A DNA stretch of 42,931 nucleotides from a virus (IMGVR_UViG_2541047844_000013:1-42931); one strand, 5' to 3'. Positions 21,520 to 31,074 are shown, counted from the stretch's first letter. Notes: generated by a model not told the origin, from the letters alone. Numbers and translations: made by a program.

Positions 21520-21992
21520 ACCTCAATCTCTCTGACCGTTCCGCCCGCTTCTTTGAATTTTGCAATCAAACTGTCAACCTTATGCTCGAACTGACCGTAA
21601 CCAGCCCCCGGCAGTGAAGCCCAGATATTGCTGCAACGGTCGATAGCCTGACGAATATCACCGCGATCAATCATCGGTAAAGCGCCACGCTCCTTAATCT
21701 GCTGCAGTGCCACAGCGTCCTGGCTTTTGGGAGAGAAGTCTTTCAGGCCAAGCTGCTTGCGGTAGGCATCCCACCAACGGGAAAGAAGCTGGTAGCGTCC
21801 GGCGGCTGTTGATTTGAGGTTGGGGTTTAGCGTGACAAGTTTGCGAGGGTGATCGGAGTAATCAGTGAATAGCTCTCCGCCAACAATGACGTCATAACCA
21901 TGATTCCTGGTTTTCTGACGTCCGTTATCAGTTCCCTCCGACCACGCCAGCATATCGAGGAACGCCTTACGTTGATTATTGATTTCCACCAT
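21516..21992 (-). CDS. R: Endolysin, lambda R-type lytic transglycosylase
   Basis: 158 aa; near-identical from memory to lambda R ([51 protein letters not shown]...). Confidence 0.92.
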
Positions 21993-22299
21993 CTTCTACT
22001 CCGGCTTTTTTAGCAGCGAAGCGTTTGATAAGCGAACCAATCGAGTCAGTACCGATGTAGCCGATAAACACGCTCGTTATATAAGCGAGATTGCTACTTA
22101 GTCCGGCGAAGTCGAGAAGGTCACGAATGAACCAGGCGATAATGGCGCACATCGTTGCGTCGATTACTGTTTTTGTAAACGCACCGCCATTATATCTGCC
22201 GCGAAGGTACGCCATTGCAAACGCAAGGATTGCCCCGATGCCTTGTTCCTTTGCCGCGAGAATGGCGGCTAACAGGTCATGTTTTTCTGGCATCTTCAT
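21976..22299 (-). CDS. S: Holin, lambda S-type, with dual-start Met-Lys-Met motif
   Basis: 107 aa; [34 protein letters not shown]... as in lambda S107/S105. Confidence 0.92.
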   Translation of the reverse strand: MKMPEKHDLLAAILAAKEQGIGAILAFAMAYLRGRYNGGAFTKTVIDATMCAIIAWFIRDLLDFAGLSSNLAYITSVFIGYIGTDSIGSLIKRFAAKKAGVEDGGNQ

Positions 22300-22424
22300 G
22301 TCTTACCCCCAATAAGGGGATTTGCTCTATTTAATTAGGAATAAGGTCGATTACTGATAGAACAAATCCAGGCTACTGTGTTTAGTAATCAGATTTGTTC
22401 GTGACCGATATGCACGGGCAAAAC

Positions 22425-22454
22425 GGCAGGAGGTTGTTAGCGCAACCTCTTGCC
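22425..22454 (-). terminator. Candidate tR'-like terminator hairpin downstream of the tRNA-like genes
   Basis: 12-bp stem (one G-U pair) with a 6-nt loop; followed on the minus strand by GUUUUG, a short U tract, so only moderate support. Confidence 0.35.
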
Positions 22455-22541
22455 ACCCGCTTTCACGAAGATCATGTGTAGAAGGCCGCAGCGTAACTAT
22501 CACTGATGAATTCAGGATAGCCAGTGGCTACGGCTCAGTTA

Positions 22542-22617
22542 TGGTGCTGGTTAACGGACTTGAACCGCTACCCATTCGCTTACAAGGCGACTGCTCTACC
22601 ATTGGAGCTAAACCAGC
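22542..22617 (-). tRNA. Phage-encoded tRNA-like gene, predicted anticodon UGU (Thr)
   Basis: Minus-strand 76-nt sequence folds by hand into a cloverleaf: acceptor GCTGGTT/AACCAGC, D-arm GCTC-CAATGGTA-GAGC, anticodon loop CTTGTAA, T-arm AGCGG-TTCAAGT-CCGTT, discriminator A plus CCA. One mismatch in the anticodon stem. Confidence 0.55.
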
Positions 22618-22622
22618 ATGTT

Positions 22623-22697
22623 TGGCGGGACAGCGTGGGCTCGAACCACGATAAGAAGGTTAACAGCCTTCCGTAATGACCTTTATACGACTGACCC
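22623..22697 (-). tRNA. Phage-encoded tRNA-like gene, predicted anticodon GUU (Asn), degenerate D-arm
   Basis: Minus-strand 75 nt: acceptor GGGTCAG/CTGTCCC (one mismatch), anticodon stem-loop GAAGG-CTGTTAA-CCTTC, T-arm CGTGG-TTCGAGC-CCACG, then G-CCA; D-loop lacks the canonical GG. Confidence 0.45.
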
Positions 22698-22760
22698 AAA
22701 TAAAAAAAGCCACCGTTGCAACTTAAGAGTCACTAACGGCAGCTTACCTTCTAATTATGG

Positions 22761-23279
22761 CTAAATGGATAATTGCATGTCAAGGCTTTTAACAGCAACA
22801 TGCTTAACTTTCTCAACACGTTTACGCATTTTGAAAGCATTTTGCATTGGCTGGTACAAAACAAATAACGACGCTTTCAGGATGTCGTCAATTTCGTTTC
22901 TACAGGTTGCCAGTGAAGGTTTTCTCCATCCCTCGCCACCACGTCCACACATCTTGCGTGGCTTTGCAGTCGCGTGATAGTAGGATGCAATTGCTCGCTT
23001 AGATGAACCATGAGCGTAGTAGCTGAGGAGGATGCCAAAGGCTTTCTTGTCAATGTACATGACGGAATCGACGACCTGAGAAATCAACATTCCATCATCA
23101 TCATTACACATTGGCCTTGTCATAACTCTTCCCGGCTCTACGCTCTCCATGAACTTCGCTATTACGCTGCTCATGCGCTTTTCCAGACGACCTGAATAAA
23201 CCCATGCGCCCCACAGTTCAAGCCAGCCATTCAGCCACTCATGCTGTTCTTTGGTGAGGTTTAGTTCTCTTATGCCCAC
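22761..23279 (-). CDS. Q: Late-gene antiterminator Q
   Basis: 172 aa; last gene of the nin region, immediately upstream of the late leader and lysis cassette; antiterminator Q family pattern. Confidence 0.75.
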   Translation of the reverse strand: MGIRELNLTKEQHEWLNGWLELWGAWVYSGRLEKRMSSVIAKFMESVEPGRVMTRPMCNDDDGMLISQVVDSVMYIDKKAFGILLSYYAHGSSKRAIASYYHATAKPRKMCGRGGEGWRKPSLATCRNEIDDILKASLFVLYQPMQNAFKMRKRVEKVKHVAVKSLDMQLSI

Positions 23280-23938
23280 GCGCCTTCTCCCTGTACCTGA
23301 ATCAATGTTAGGTTTCCGCAGAACACTGCGCCGGTATCGATATACATCTGGTTGGCAAACTTGAGTGGTTTCACTGCTGGCGTATGACCAAAGATGAACG
23401 TGTCCGCGCCTTTGATTTCTTTCACGATCCCGTCTTGTGAGTTGCTGATTCGTTCGCGGTTCCAGATTACCTGCTGATGATCAACTGGCTTTCCAAACTC
23501 GTATTCGTCACAAGGATAATCGGCGTGGCAGATGACATATTTTTTATCTTTGCTCACCAGTTCGATGATTAACGGAAGTTCATCTGCTTTATGGGCAAGA
23601 GCTTTAGCCAGAATTTCTTTGTCGTAATCGAGATTAAAGAACCAGCCACCGCCATTAAGCATCCAGTGATTGACGTTTCCGCGCTCTGATAAGCCATCAA
23701 TCATCATTTGCTCATGGTTTCCACGTACAGCTCTGAACCAGGGGAATGTGATTAATTCCAGGCATTCGACGTTCTCTGTACCGCGATCGACCAAATCGCC
23801 CACCGAGATAAGCAGGTCTTTTTTGTTGTCGAATCCAATCGTATCCAGTTTGTTCATCAGGTTCGTGTAGCATCCGTGCAGATCGCCAACTACCCAAATA
23901 TTTCGGTATTTGCTGCCATCAATTTTTTCGTAATAGCG
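23270..23938 (-). CDS. ninI: Ser/Thr protein phosphatase NinI
   Basis: From [25 protein letters not shown]...: metallophosphatase motifs GDLHG, GDLVDRG, GNHE; matches lambda NinI from memory. Confidence 0.88.
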   Translation of the reverse strand, partial: RYYEKIDGSKYRNIWVVGDLHGCYTNLMNKLDTIGFDNKKDLLISVGDLVDRGTENVECLELITFPWFRAVRGNHEQMMIDGLSERGNVNHWMLNGGGWFFNLDYDKEILAKALAHKADELPLIIELVSKDKKYVICHADYPCDEYEFGKPVDHQQVIWNRERISNSQDGIVKEIKGADTFIFGHTPAVKPLKFANQMYIDTGAVFCGNLTLIQVQGEGAWA

Positions 23939-24125
23939 CATCTCTTTCACTCCATCCGCGATGAACCATGAGAACGTCGTTGACGATGGCGTGCATTTTC
24001 CCGTCTTTATCATCAACGTATTTTCTGACCGTACCGCGACTACATTTCAGTCTGCGTGCTACTTCTGTCTGGTTTCCGTATGCTTCAACGAGCATGTCTG
24101 GAATGGTTTTTACTGAGAACGTCAT
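23919..24125 (-). CDS. ninH: NinH
   Basis: 68 aa; [37 protein letters not shown]... matches lambda NinH from memory (Fis-like HTH). Confidence 0.85.
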   Translation of the reverse strand: MTFSVKTIPDMLVEAYGNQTEVARRLKCSRGTVRKYVDDKDGKMHAIVNDVLMVHRGWSERDALLRKN

Positions 24126-24736
24126 GCGGCCTCACTTCTGCTATTTCGCAGGTCTTTGAGTTTCTGTTGGTACTCTGCCTTGATCGCCTTGCACTCTTCG
24201 ATAGTCCAGCGATGGCGGTTATGGTTTGATTCGATTTCGTCTACTGCTTCCTGCCCGATTCGGTTAATCAGTTCGACGCGATAGGGAACGAGATTTCCGC
24301 TTTTATGCTGGTTGCACACCACGCATTGCTTGTGAATATTGCGTTCATCAAATCGGAGTTGAGGTGCCGCAGCAGTTGTCCGGTAATGTCCGGCATCCCA
24401 CTGAGCAGACGTGAGCGTTCCGCAAGAGATACATGGTAAGTCGCGGTCTCTTTCTCTGATGAAGGCGTTTACGGCTTGTTGGGCTTGTTTAATCCAGTAA
24501 CTGCGGGGCTTTAAGGCGAGTTTTCTAATCTTAAGTTTATCTTTCTGTTTCTGCTCCTCTCGTCGTCGTTTCTTCTCTGCTGCTTTTTCCGCTTTTTCGC
24601 GTTCTTTACTTCGTCGTTCGAGTGCTATCTTGGTTCCACACTCTGGAGAGCACCACCACTGATTAGCGAATGCAGGATGAAACCATTCCCGACATTCATC
24701 GTTTTTACATCGTCTTCGCGCTGGTTTAGCCATCAT
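24122..24736 (-). CDS. ninG: NinG (Rap) recombination endonuclease
   Basis: 204 aa; Cys-rich N-terminus, K/E-rich linker; matches lambda NinG from memory. Confidence 0.85.
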   Translation of the reverse strand: MMAKPARRRCKNDECREWFHPAFANQWWCSPECGTKIALERRSKEREKAEKAAEKKRRREEQKQKDKLKIRKLALKPRSYWIKQAQQAVNAFIRERDRDLPCISCGTLTSAQWDAGHYRTTAAAPQLRFDERNIHKQCVVCNQHKSGNLVPYRVELINRIGQEAVDEIESNHNRHRWTIEECKAIKAEYQQKLKDLRNSRSEAA

Positions 24737-24896
24737 CTTCTTCCTCGTGCATCGAGCTATTCGAATCGCTCATCAGCTCTGCACAGCAGTACTCACACAC
24801 GTGAACTTCCAGCACATGCAGCTTCTGACCGCAATTAGCGCACGTTAAAGCCCGCTCGACGCTTTGTTGTTCGTAACTTCGATTTGGGTCAATCAC
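24726..24896 (-). CDS. ninF: NinF (GTG start, overlaps ninE and ninG ends)
   Basis: Hand translation of the minus strand gives [56 protein letters not shown], matching lambda NinF; below the 60-aa track cutoff. Confidence 0.7.
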   Translation of the reverse strand: MIDPNRSYEQQSVERALTCANCGQKLHVLEVHVCEYCCAELMSDSNSSMHEEEDDG

Positions 24897-25075
24897 CTTG
24901 TTTTCCTCGCACGTTCTCTAAGCCACCGGATATCCCACAGGTGAGCCGTGTAGTTGAAGGTTTTTACGTCAGATTCTTTTGGGATTGGCTTGCGTTTATT
25001 TCTGGAGCGTTTCGTTGGAAGGTATTTGCAGTTTTCGCAGATTATGTCGGTGATGCTTCGTCGCTGTCGCCTCAT
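24893..25075 (-). CDS. ninE: NinE
   Basis: 60 aa; [52 protein letters not shown]... matches lambda NinE from memory. Confidence 0.85.
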   Translation of the reverse strand: MRRQRRSITDIICENCKYLPTKRSRNKRKPIPKESDVKTFNYTAHLWDIRWLRERARKTR

Positions 25076-25917
25076 GCCGCATCCTCAAAATTAAATCCAA
25101 GCTGACATGAAAATGCTTCACATGATTCAGAACACGAACCTGAATCATACTGTCGCATTGATGTCATTCTTGAGGCTAACTCATCTCTTGATATATCACT
25201 AAACAAGGCAATCAGTGATTTAAGTGTATTATTCCCTCGATACATAACCGGTTCCTTTCCTGTTTTTATTTCTGTATCAAGGATGTTGATAAATGCATCT
25301 GCAAGTTCTGGCTCATCCATGGCTGCCAGCGCCACCTTTTGCATACTTTTTTTTATGCAGAAAACACAATTACCAAGATGCTCCTGTATGCCAAGATCAA
25401 ATTTCTGCTCACTCCACCAATCAAGCACATCCTGTTTTTCAAAATCGCTTATATCAGCCAGGTACCGAAAACCATTAGCCCTTTTAAGCCTGTTTGGTTC
25501 ATCTGTGCGAATGCCAATCCATGTGATGTAATTTCCTTTCCCAAACTTTTCCTGACAATATTTGGCGAATGGAACAGACTTCATTCTGTCGGTACAGAAC
25601 GCACCGCCGATATATGGATGTCCGTATTTATTTAACATCCTTTTCCACGGTATAAGATCTGGACCAATATCATTGACACCTATCTCTTCATAACTACTGG
25701 CCTTCCCCATTTCTGGATTAGGTATTACACGAAGGCAATGTAAGTCTATTTTCCAGTTACTGACGATATTTCGGATGAACTCATATGTTTTAGGGTGCTC
25801 TGCCCCTGTATCCATGAAAACGTAATGCACGTCTTCACCTGTCTGTCGCTTTTGCTCCATTAGCCAGAGCAAATATGCTGACGTCCTGCCACCTGAGAAA
25901 CTAACGACATTTATCAT
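25072..25917 (-). CDS. ninC: PAPS-reductase-fold (PP-loop) protein in the ninC position
   Basis: From [22 protein letters not shown]...: SGGxxS PP-loop motif; C-terminal Cys cluster ([14 protein letters not shown]); start set at the internal Met overlapping the dam stop. Confidence 0.7.
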   Translation of the reverse strand: MINVVSFSGGRTSAYLLWLMEQKRQTGEDVHYVFMDTGAEHPKTYEFIRNIVSNWKIDLHCLRVIPNPEMGKASSYEEIGVNDIGPDLIPWKRMLNKYGHPYIGGAFCTDRMKSVPFAKYCQEKFGKGNYITWIGIRTDEPNRLKRANGFRYLADISDFEKQDVLDWWSEQKFDLGIQEHLGNCVFCIKKSMQKVALAAMDEPELADAFINILDTEIKTGKEPVMYRGNNTLKSLIALFSDISRDELASRMTSMRQYDSGSCSESCEAFSCQLGFNFEDAA

Positions 25918-26441
25918 GCAGCCCTCCTGACACCCTGCCCGATCGCCATCAATGCCGCTTTGGATACGGTAGTAAACATCCGTCGAGGACTGATGAACGG
26001 TCGCCAAATCAGCAGCATGGAACCTTTGCTGTTTCCCTTCTTCTCCAGCACCGTCGATGGTTCGATAAAATTAATCCGTCCATCAGTGATGATGCGAACT
26101 TCGTCAACACTCTCCAGAGCCTTGCTGAACCATCCGACAGACATATCCTCTGGCACAAGCATCACTACCGTCTGTCGCTGTTGTATGCACTGCTCAGCGG
26201 CTTTTTCCACCCACGGCCTGATATTGCTGTACGGTGGGTTATTCCAGATTGCACCGTGACTTACCCACTCAGAATTGAGCGCGTCGTCGGCCTCAGTTAG
26301 CCAATGAGCGCACAGAGTGTTTTTGTCGCTCGCTGCCGAATCCAGCCAGAATCCAAACTCAATATCCAGTGCATCAAAAAGCCAAAGCGGCGTTTGCCAG
26401 CAGTCCTTGTCGTGTGCTGGCGTATTTGATTTGATAGTCAT
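25914..26441 (-). CDS. Orphan DNA N6-adenine methyltransferase (phage Dam family)
   Basis: NPPY catalytic motif (IWNNPPYSN); about 175 aa; no adjacent restriction endonuclease gene; start set at the Met immediately after the ninB stop. Confidence 0.75.
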   Translation of the reverse strand: MTIKSNTPAHDKDCWQTPLWLFDALDIEFGFWLDSAASDKNTLCAHWLTEADDALNSEWVSHGAIWNNPPYSNIRPWVEKAAEQCIQQRQTVVMLVPEDMSVGWFSKALESVDEVRIITDGRINFIEPSTVLEKKGNSKGSMLLIWRPFISPRRMFTTVSKAALMAIGQGVRRAA

Positions 26442-26884
26442 GCAGCCTTCCCTTTTCGTTGTGACCATTCATACTCTCGCCGGGAGTCATCACTCCACCG
26501 CACGTTGCGCTCTGAGCCGAACCAGAACATGATTTCGATAAGCTCAGTCATGCTGGCCTTTCGCATTTTGCTGGTACGCACGCCAAGCATAACAACGCCA
26601 CCGTCGATACCAGGCGCACTTCGTTGCTCCAGTTTTTTGGTCTTAAGCCACAGGGCAGTGAACAGATCTTTCCAGTCCTCCGGCGCAAGTCTCTCTCCAT
26701 GCCAGAGCACCTGACGCGATACGTCCTGCAATAACGCCCACATAAGGCGGTTTTGAGGATTGCTCCGCTTTGGTTCTTTAATGTGGACTTCGTGAGGTGA
26801 CTTGTCGTCGATCGGAAGTGAGAGTATTGCGTCTATGGCGTTGTTTCTGATTGCTTCGTTGCGAAGCATGTATATTTGCTTCAT
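26438..26884 (-). CDS. ninB: NinB (Orf) recombination mediator
   Basis: Similarity to lambda NinB in the central region (...QNR.LWA.L.DVSRQV.WHG...VKWSD...EW); start at MKQIYM with GAGGT Shine-Dalgarno. Confidence 0.75.
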   Translation of the reverse strand: MKQIYMLRNEAIRNNAIDAILSLPIDDKSPHEVHIKEPKRSNPQNRLMWALLQDVSRQVLWHGERLAPEDWKDLFTALWLKTKKLEQRSAPGIDGGVVMLGVRTSKMRKASMTELIEIMFWFGSERNVRWSDDSRREYEWSQRKGKAA

Positions 26885-26891
26885 CGTTACC

Positions 26892-27098
26892 TCAACTAAC
26901 AAAACGCCACGCCATTTTTGCTACAGCGACAGGCATAACACCGATAATCACCCAGACAAATGCAGCGCCAAACAACGTATACCATGGGTCTTTACCGTCA
27001 TTCACAAGACGAATGTAGCTATGCAGAACAATAAATAACGTCAGAAGAATCCATCCAACGCCAACGCATTTGAATGCGACGAGCATAAACTCAGCCAC
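26892..27098 (-). CDS. Small two-TM membrane protein, unknown function
   Basis: 68-aa ORF with two hydrophobic helices; between the primase-helicase and ninB (the lambda ren position). Confidence 0.4.
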   Translation of the reverse strand: MAEFMLVAFKCVGVGWILLTLFIVLHSYIRLVNDGKDPWYTLFGAAFVWVIIGVMPVAVAKMAWRFVS

Positions 27099-27174
27099 GA
27101 TTTACTCTCCCCCAAATAAAAAGGCCTGCGATTACCAGCAGGCCTGTTACAAGCTCAGTGATGTAGATGGTTAT

Positions 27175-29067
27175 TTAATACTCCGTCACGTTTTCCTGTC
27201 GCCACGCCTCGTCATATTCCGATTTCGGCATATTGGCGATGTAGCTATATGGCGATCCTGATTCAAGTTGCAGGAACTGGTGCGATTGCTCGTCAAGGAA
27301 CAACGGGACGCCACCTTCCCAACCTTCGCCGTTACGTTGTTTTTCAAGCATCAAAACAGATGCCGGAGACGCCAGTACCTGTTCGTCCTTCTCTGACATC
27401 TTTTCACCACTCTGAACTCTCTGTAACGCTCTCTCGCGAGCCTTGTTACGCCAGATGATGAAAAGGTTGTCTGTCAGGTCTGTTATCGCTCCAGAGCCTT
27501 TTACGTCCATTTTCCCGGTTGGTTTTTCTTCGCTGTCTCCTTTTCGCGAGTGAGTAACGAGAATGACGTGGGAGTTTGTTTTGTTTTTGAAGTCGCAAAT
27601 CGAGTCAACAAACGCCTTCTGCCCGTTATAGTCATCGTCGCCTATGCCACATTTCATCAGGCTGTCGATGATGAATAACTGGATCCCGTATCGGCGGCGA
27701 GCGTAGTCGAATATTTCGATCAGCCTGTCGGCTTTCGCCGTTCCGGTCAGGCCAAACACCCAAAGTCTTTCGTCATAAAATTTAAATGCAGAGTCAATTT
27801 CCAGCACTGGCGGCATCTTGCAGCACGTCGCCTGACGGGTAAGGCGCTTAAGGAGAATACCAGGCTTCAGCTCAAGTGACGCGATGCACGTCTTCACACC
27901 CTGACGCATTGCCTCAAGTGCCATATGCCCGACAACCTCCGTTTTTCCGTGACCGTTCACACCATTGACCAGCGTCAACTCGGCCTCACGGAACTGGAAT
28001 TTATCTGCCAGAGATTCCCACGGTGGATTAAACAGATACTGCTGCTTGCCGTAGAAAGCGTTGATAGTGTCCTGGTAAAACTCTCGCGCGCTGTAGAGTT
28101 CTTCAGGATCGAAGTAGGATGCCGTGCCGATGTACTGCCAGATTTCATCCTCGGTAACACCGTTCATCAGGCATTCGTTGATGTCTTTGTACGGCAGAGT
28201 AACAAGACGGCAACGATGTTCACCGAGTCGGCTTGCGATTTCCCTTGCGGCCTCACGACCAACATCATCAACGTCCATCGAGATGAATATTTCCTCAAAC
28301 CTGTCGAGGTTGTGATACTCAAACTCAATCCACTGTTGCTTAGCACCTTTCCCGCCACCAAACGGCACGGATAACGCCGAGATGCCGTATTGCGCATAGC
28401 TCATACAATCAATTTCGCCTTCGCAAAGTACAACCGCCCTCACGCCAGCGTCCAGAGCCTGCCATCCGAACAGACAAGGTTCGCAATCACCTTCTGCCAT
28501 AATGACTTTCTTCCCGTCCGGGCGCTCAGTGCTGATTCGCTTGACCTGCAACAACTCACCATCGCGTTTGTACGGAAGCACCAGTGCATCAAGTTCTCGT
28601 TCTCCATTCCACACCTTGCCGCTGACAACCTCGTAGCGCTTTACGACTTCTGGCGATATGCCACGCGATTGCAGGTACTCAAGATGGGATTCTGTTCTGG
28701 TAACGTAGCGGGCGATTTTCTTGCGGTCAGGTCTGGAGAATTTCTTCTCACGTCTGGCATCGAAATGGTGATCGTCATCCTTGATACCGAGAAATGCTTT
28801 CGCTTCCTGCATAGCCTGATGCAGGTTAATTCCACGACATGCCATCCACAAATCAAGCATGTCACCGCCGTCTCCCTCAGCGAAATCAGCCCATTTTTTC
28901 TTGCCGCTAAGGTTGACCTTAAGGCTGTTTCCCTTGTCACCGTTGACGTTACCGGCAACCCACTCATGCCCCTCTTTCTTGCCGTTTGGCAACAGGTGCG
29001 GAGCCACCCTGTCAACCTGCGCCCAAAGCAGGTCGCTAAGTTCTGATGGACTCAAAGGTGCCTCCAT
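27175..29067 (-). CDS. Bifunctional DNA primase/helicase (TOPRIM plus DnaB-like helicase)
   Basis: 630 aa; Walker A GVNGHGKT in the C-terminal half; acidic TOPRIM-like segment in the middle; replaces the lambda P / P22 gene 12 function. Confidence 0.75.
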   Translation of the reverse strand: MEAPLSPSELSDLLWAQVDRVAPHLLPNGKKEGHEWVAGNVNGDKGNSLKVNLSGKKKWADFAEGDGGDMLDLWMACRGINLHQAMQEAKAFLGIKDDDHHFDARREKKFSRPDRKKIARYVTRTESHLEYLQSRGISPEVVKRYEVVSGKVWNGERELDALVLPYKRDGELLQVKRISTERPDGKKVIMAEGDCEPCLFGWQALDAGVRAVVLCEGEIDCMSYAQYGISALSVPFGGGKGAKQQWIEFEYHNLDRFEEIFISMDVDDVGREAAREIASRLGEHRCRLVTLPYKDINECLMNGVTEDEIWQYIGTASYFDPEELYSAREFYQDTINAFYGKQQYLFNPPWESLADKFQFREAELTLVNGVNGHGKTEVVGHMALEAMRQGVKTCIASLELKPGILLKRLTRQATCCKMPPVLEIDSAFKFYDERLWVFGLTGTAKADRLIEIFDYARRRYGIQLFIIDSLMKCGIGDDDYNGQKAFVDSICDFKNKTNSHVILVTHSRKGDSEEKPTGKMDVKGSGAITDLTDNLFIIWRNKARERALQRVQSGEKMSEKDEQVLASPASVLMLEKQRNGEGWEGGVPLFLDEQSHQFLQLESGSPYSYIANMPKSEYDEAWRQENVTEY

Positions 29068-29546
29068 GCGTTTCCTCTGCGGATTGTGGAAATTTGCATT
29101 TCACTCACTCCGTATTTAGTGGATAGTTCGCTTAGTTTCATACCAACAGAATTCCTGATATCAATCACATCAGTTTCAGATAGTTTTGCCCTACCATTAA
29201 AAACTCCCTTTGCGCTTTTCAGTCCGATGCTAAAAGCATGTTTTAAATTCTCTGAGCAGGTACACCATTCCAAGTTCCAAATGGCGTTATCCGATTTGTC
29301 GCCGTTGATATGATTTACTTCTGGCTTGCAATACGGATTTGGGATAAATAATTGAGCTACAAGACGATGAACTTTTAACGTCTTCTGAATCCCATCGGAA
29401 CACAAAGTGACTCTTAGATAACCCTTGTTATCCGGAGATGGATTCAAAAACCTGCCTCTTAAATGTGAATAAACACGACCGTCTTTGGTTACAGAGTATT
29501 TACCCTCATAACCAGGTATATATTCTCCAACTTCAAGGCTCATCAT
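29052..29546 (-). CDS. HNH homing-type endonuclease (NUMOD4 plus HNH_3)
   Basis: 164 aa; N-terminal GYEGKYSVTKDGRVYS (NUMOD4-like); HNH core HRLVAQLF...NHINGDKSDNAIWNLEW; stop overlaps the primase-helicase start. Confidence 0.75.
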   Translation of the reverse strand: MMSLEVGEYIPGYEGKYSVTKDGRVYSHLRGRFLNPSPDNKGYLRVTLCSDGIQKTLKVHRLVAQLFIPNPYCKPEVNHINGDKSDNAIWNLEWCTCSENLKHAFSIGLKSAKGVFNGRAKLSETDVIDIRNSVGMKLSELSTKYGVSEMQISTIRRGNAWRHL

Positions 29547-29653
29547 GATTCCCTCAGATTGAGATTTTTAAACCAGAAATCGACAAACGAAATACTTAAC
29601 CAGCCGTGGTTATAACCAGCGACTAGTAGCGATTTGATTTTTGATTTCATGGT

Positions 29654-30514
29654 TCACCTGTCGAAAAACACGTAGCCAGTTTTCGATACGGTGATTGCGG
29701 ATGATGGTTTGGATTGTGGTTGAATGGTTTCTGGCTTTTCGTCGTTCCAGCGTTGACCGTTCAGGTAGCTCGATGGTAACAACCTGTCGAATCCGAACTG
29801 CTTACCATTCCTGCATGCGATGTCTTCTGCCAACATCGTGGCAAACTCGCTTGCCGTACCCCTGGTAGTTTTACGCCATTCCCTGAACTGTGTTCTAAAT
29901 GCCGAAGCTGCGTTTTTTTTCCCGGCTTTCCGCATGCCTGCACACCAGAATATTTCCTCGAATGCCTTGTCGGTTTCTTCGTGACGGTCAGGTGATTTTT
30001 CACACTCCGTCCGAACACTTTCGGACATAGTGTTTTTATTATTTCTTTTTTCTTTTGTAATAGTTTCTTTTGTGTGTCCCTGTTTTGGTGACAGCGCTGT
30101 CACCGTTTTGGTGACACTTTTTGTCACCAATGCAGTGACATTATCACCAGAGTAGTGACACCCTTCGATTTGCCATTCCTCGATGTTCTTGTTAGGCCCG
30201 ATTTGCTGGCCTTCGCGAAGGATAACCTTCATCGCGATAAGCTCATTCTTGGCCTTGTTTACCTTCTGTCTTGGCAGCCTGGTAATTTGAGCTAACTGAC
30301 TATCAGAGATGCGATCCATCTTTTTACCGTAGCCGTATGTTTTACGGCATATGGCGTGGGCAACCTTGCTCTGATTTTTCGTTAAATCTGCGCCGATAAG
30401 CTCTTCATACAGGGCATTTGCAAGACGGGTATAACCATCTTCAACTTCTGCCACACGACGCTCCACAGGCCGTTGTGAAGGCCTTAAATGTGTTACGGTT
30501 GCAAGATTACTCAT
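29654..30514 (-). CDS. Replication initiator, lambda O-like N-terminal origin-binding domain
   Basis: N-terminus ([56 protein letters not shown]...GPNKNIEEW) parallels lambda O; iterons lie inside the gene. Confidence 0.8.
   Translation of the reverse strand: MSNLATVTHLRPSQRPVERRVAEVEDGYTRLANALYEELIGADLTKNQSKVAHAICRKTYGYGKKMDRISDSQLAQITRLPRQKVNKAKNELIAMKVILREGQQIGPNKNIEEWQIEGCHYSGDNVTALVTKSVTKTVTALSPKQGHTKETITKEKRNNKNTMSESVRTECEKSPDRHEETDKAFEEIFWCAGMRKAGKKNAASAFRTQFREWRKTTRGTASEFATMLAEDIACRNGKQFGFDRLLPSSYLNGQRWNDEKPETIQPQSKPSSAITVSKTGYVFFDR
30083..30170. repeat. Replication origin iterons (GGTGACA / TGTCACC repeats) inside the O-like gene, next to an AT-rich tract at 30031-30070
   Basis: Repeats such as TGGTGACAGCGCTGTCACC, TTGGTGACACTTTTTGTCACCAA, CAGTGACATTATCACCAGAGTAGTGACACC; arrangement as in lambda ori. 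Confidence 0.7.
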
Positions 30515-30653
30515 GACCTTTCTCCTTCTGCATCAGCTTCACTTTTTCCAACTCAGCCCGGAATCGACCAGGCTGCTTGAAGCTGGACAGGAAGCGATCA
30601 CGTAGTATGTGTTTGTGAATTTTGTCCTGGTAAGGACTGAGTTGTTTTGTCAT
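30507..30653 (-). CDS. Possible small ORF (48 aa) between cII and O; may instead be the oop promoter region
   Basis: Hand translation [48 protein letters not shown]; overlaps the O start; no family recognised. Confidence 0.2.
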   Translation of the reverse strand: MTKQLSPYQDKIHKHILRDRFLSSFKQPGRFRAELEKVKLMQKEKGHE

Positions 30654-30687
30654 AATTACTCCCGTGGATTGATCCAGTCTTTCTACA

Positions 30688-30966
30688 TTAGGCCTCGAAG
30701 AATTCGCCGTTCTTCGGGGCTTTTTCTTTTGTCAGCATTCTGGCTACTTGCTTAGCCAGTTCCGCCAACTCCTCGTCTTCAACACCCCATTCAAGAACAG
30801 CCAGAAGCATTCCCATTTTGGGGATGAAGCTGTCTTTCCATCGCGAAATTTGCGATTCATTAACCCCTAACGCGTCGGCAACCTTTCGCTGACCACGTAC
30901 AGCAATTCGATTCAGGATGTTGCTTGTAATTGCATTCGCTTTCTTGCGAGTACTTGTAAGTTGCAT
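30688..30966 (-). CDS. cII: Transcriptional activator CII
   Basis: 92 aa; ...[58 protein letters not shown]... parallels lambda CII. Confidence 0.85.
   Translation of the reverse strand: MQLTSTRKKANAITSNILNRIAVRGQRKVADALGVNESQISRWKDSFIPKMGMLLAVLEWGVEDEELAELAKQVARMLTKEKAPKNGEFFEA
30692..30730 (+). ncRNA. oop-like antisense RNA 3' end and terminator, overlapping the 3' end of cII on the opposite strand
   Basis: Hairpin GCCTCGAAG-(11-nt loop)-CTTCGGGGC followed by TTTTTCTTTT on the plus strand; same position relative to cII and O as lambda oop. The 5' end and promoter are not determined. Confidence 0.5.
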
Positions 30967-31023
30967 ATGTAAGTATTTCCTTAACTAATAAGAAGTTATG
31001 CGCATCAACTTATGCGCGTTGTA

Positions 31024-31067
31024 TTCCCGCATTTCGGCGGGAATGAGGACCATGACTGTTAAAGAGC
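31024..31067 (-). promoter_or_regulatory. nutR (boxA CGCUCUUUAACA, boxB stem-loop UCCCGC-CGAAAU-GCGGGA)
   Basis: Read on the minus strand between cro and cII; boxA matches the lambdoid consensus; the same boxB hairpin recurs in nutL. Confidence 0.65.
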
Positions 31068-31074
31068 GGTGTTA

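Noticed and set aside
22698-22760. Hairpin plus T7 tract just downstream of Q considered as a terminator
   Set aside because: The stem is only about 5 bp with a 17-nt loop, and the location coincides with where pR'/qut is expected; the function cannot be decided from sequence alone.
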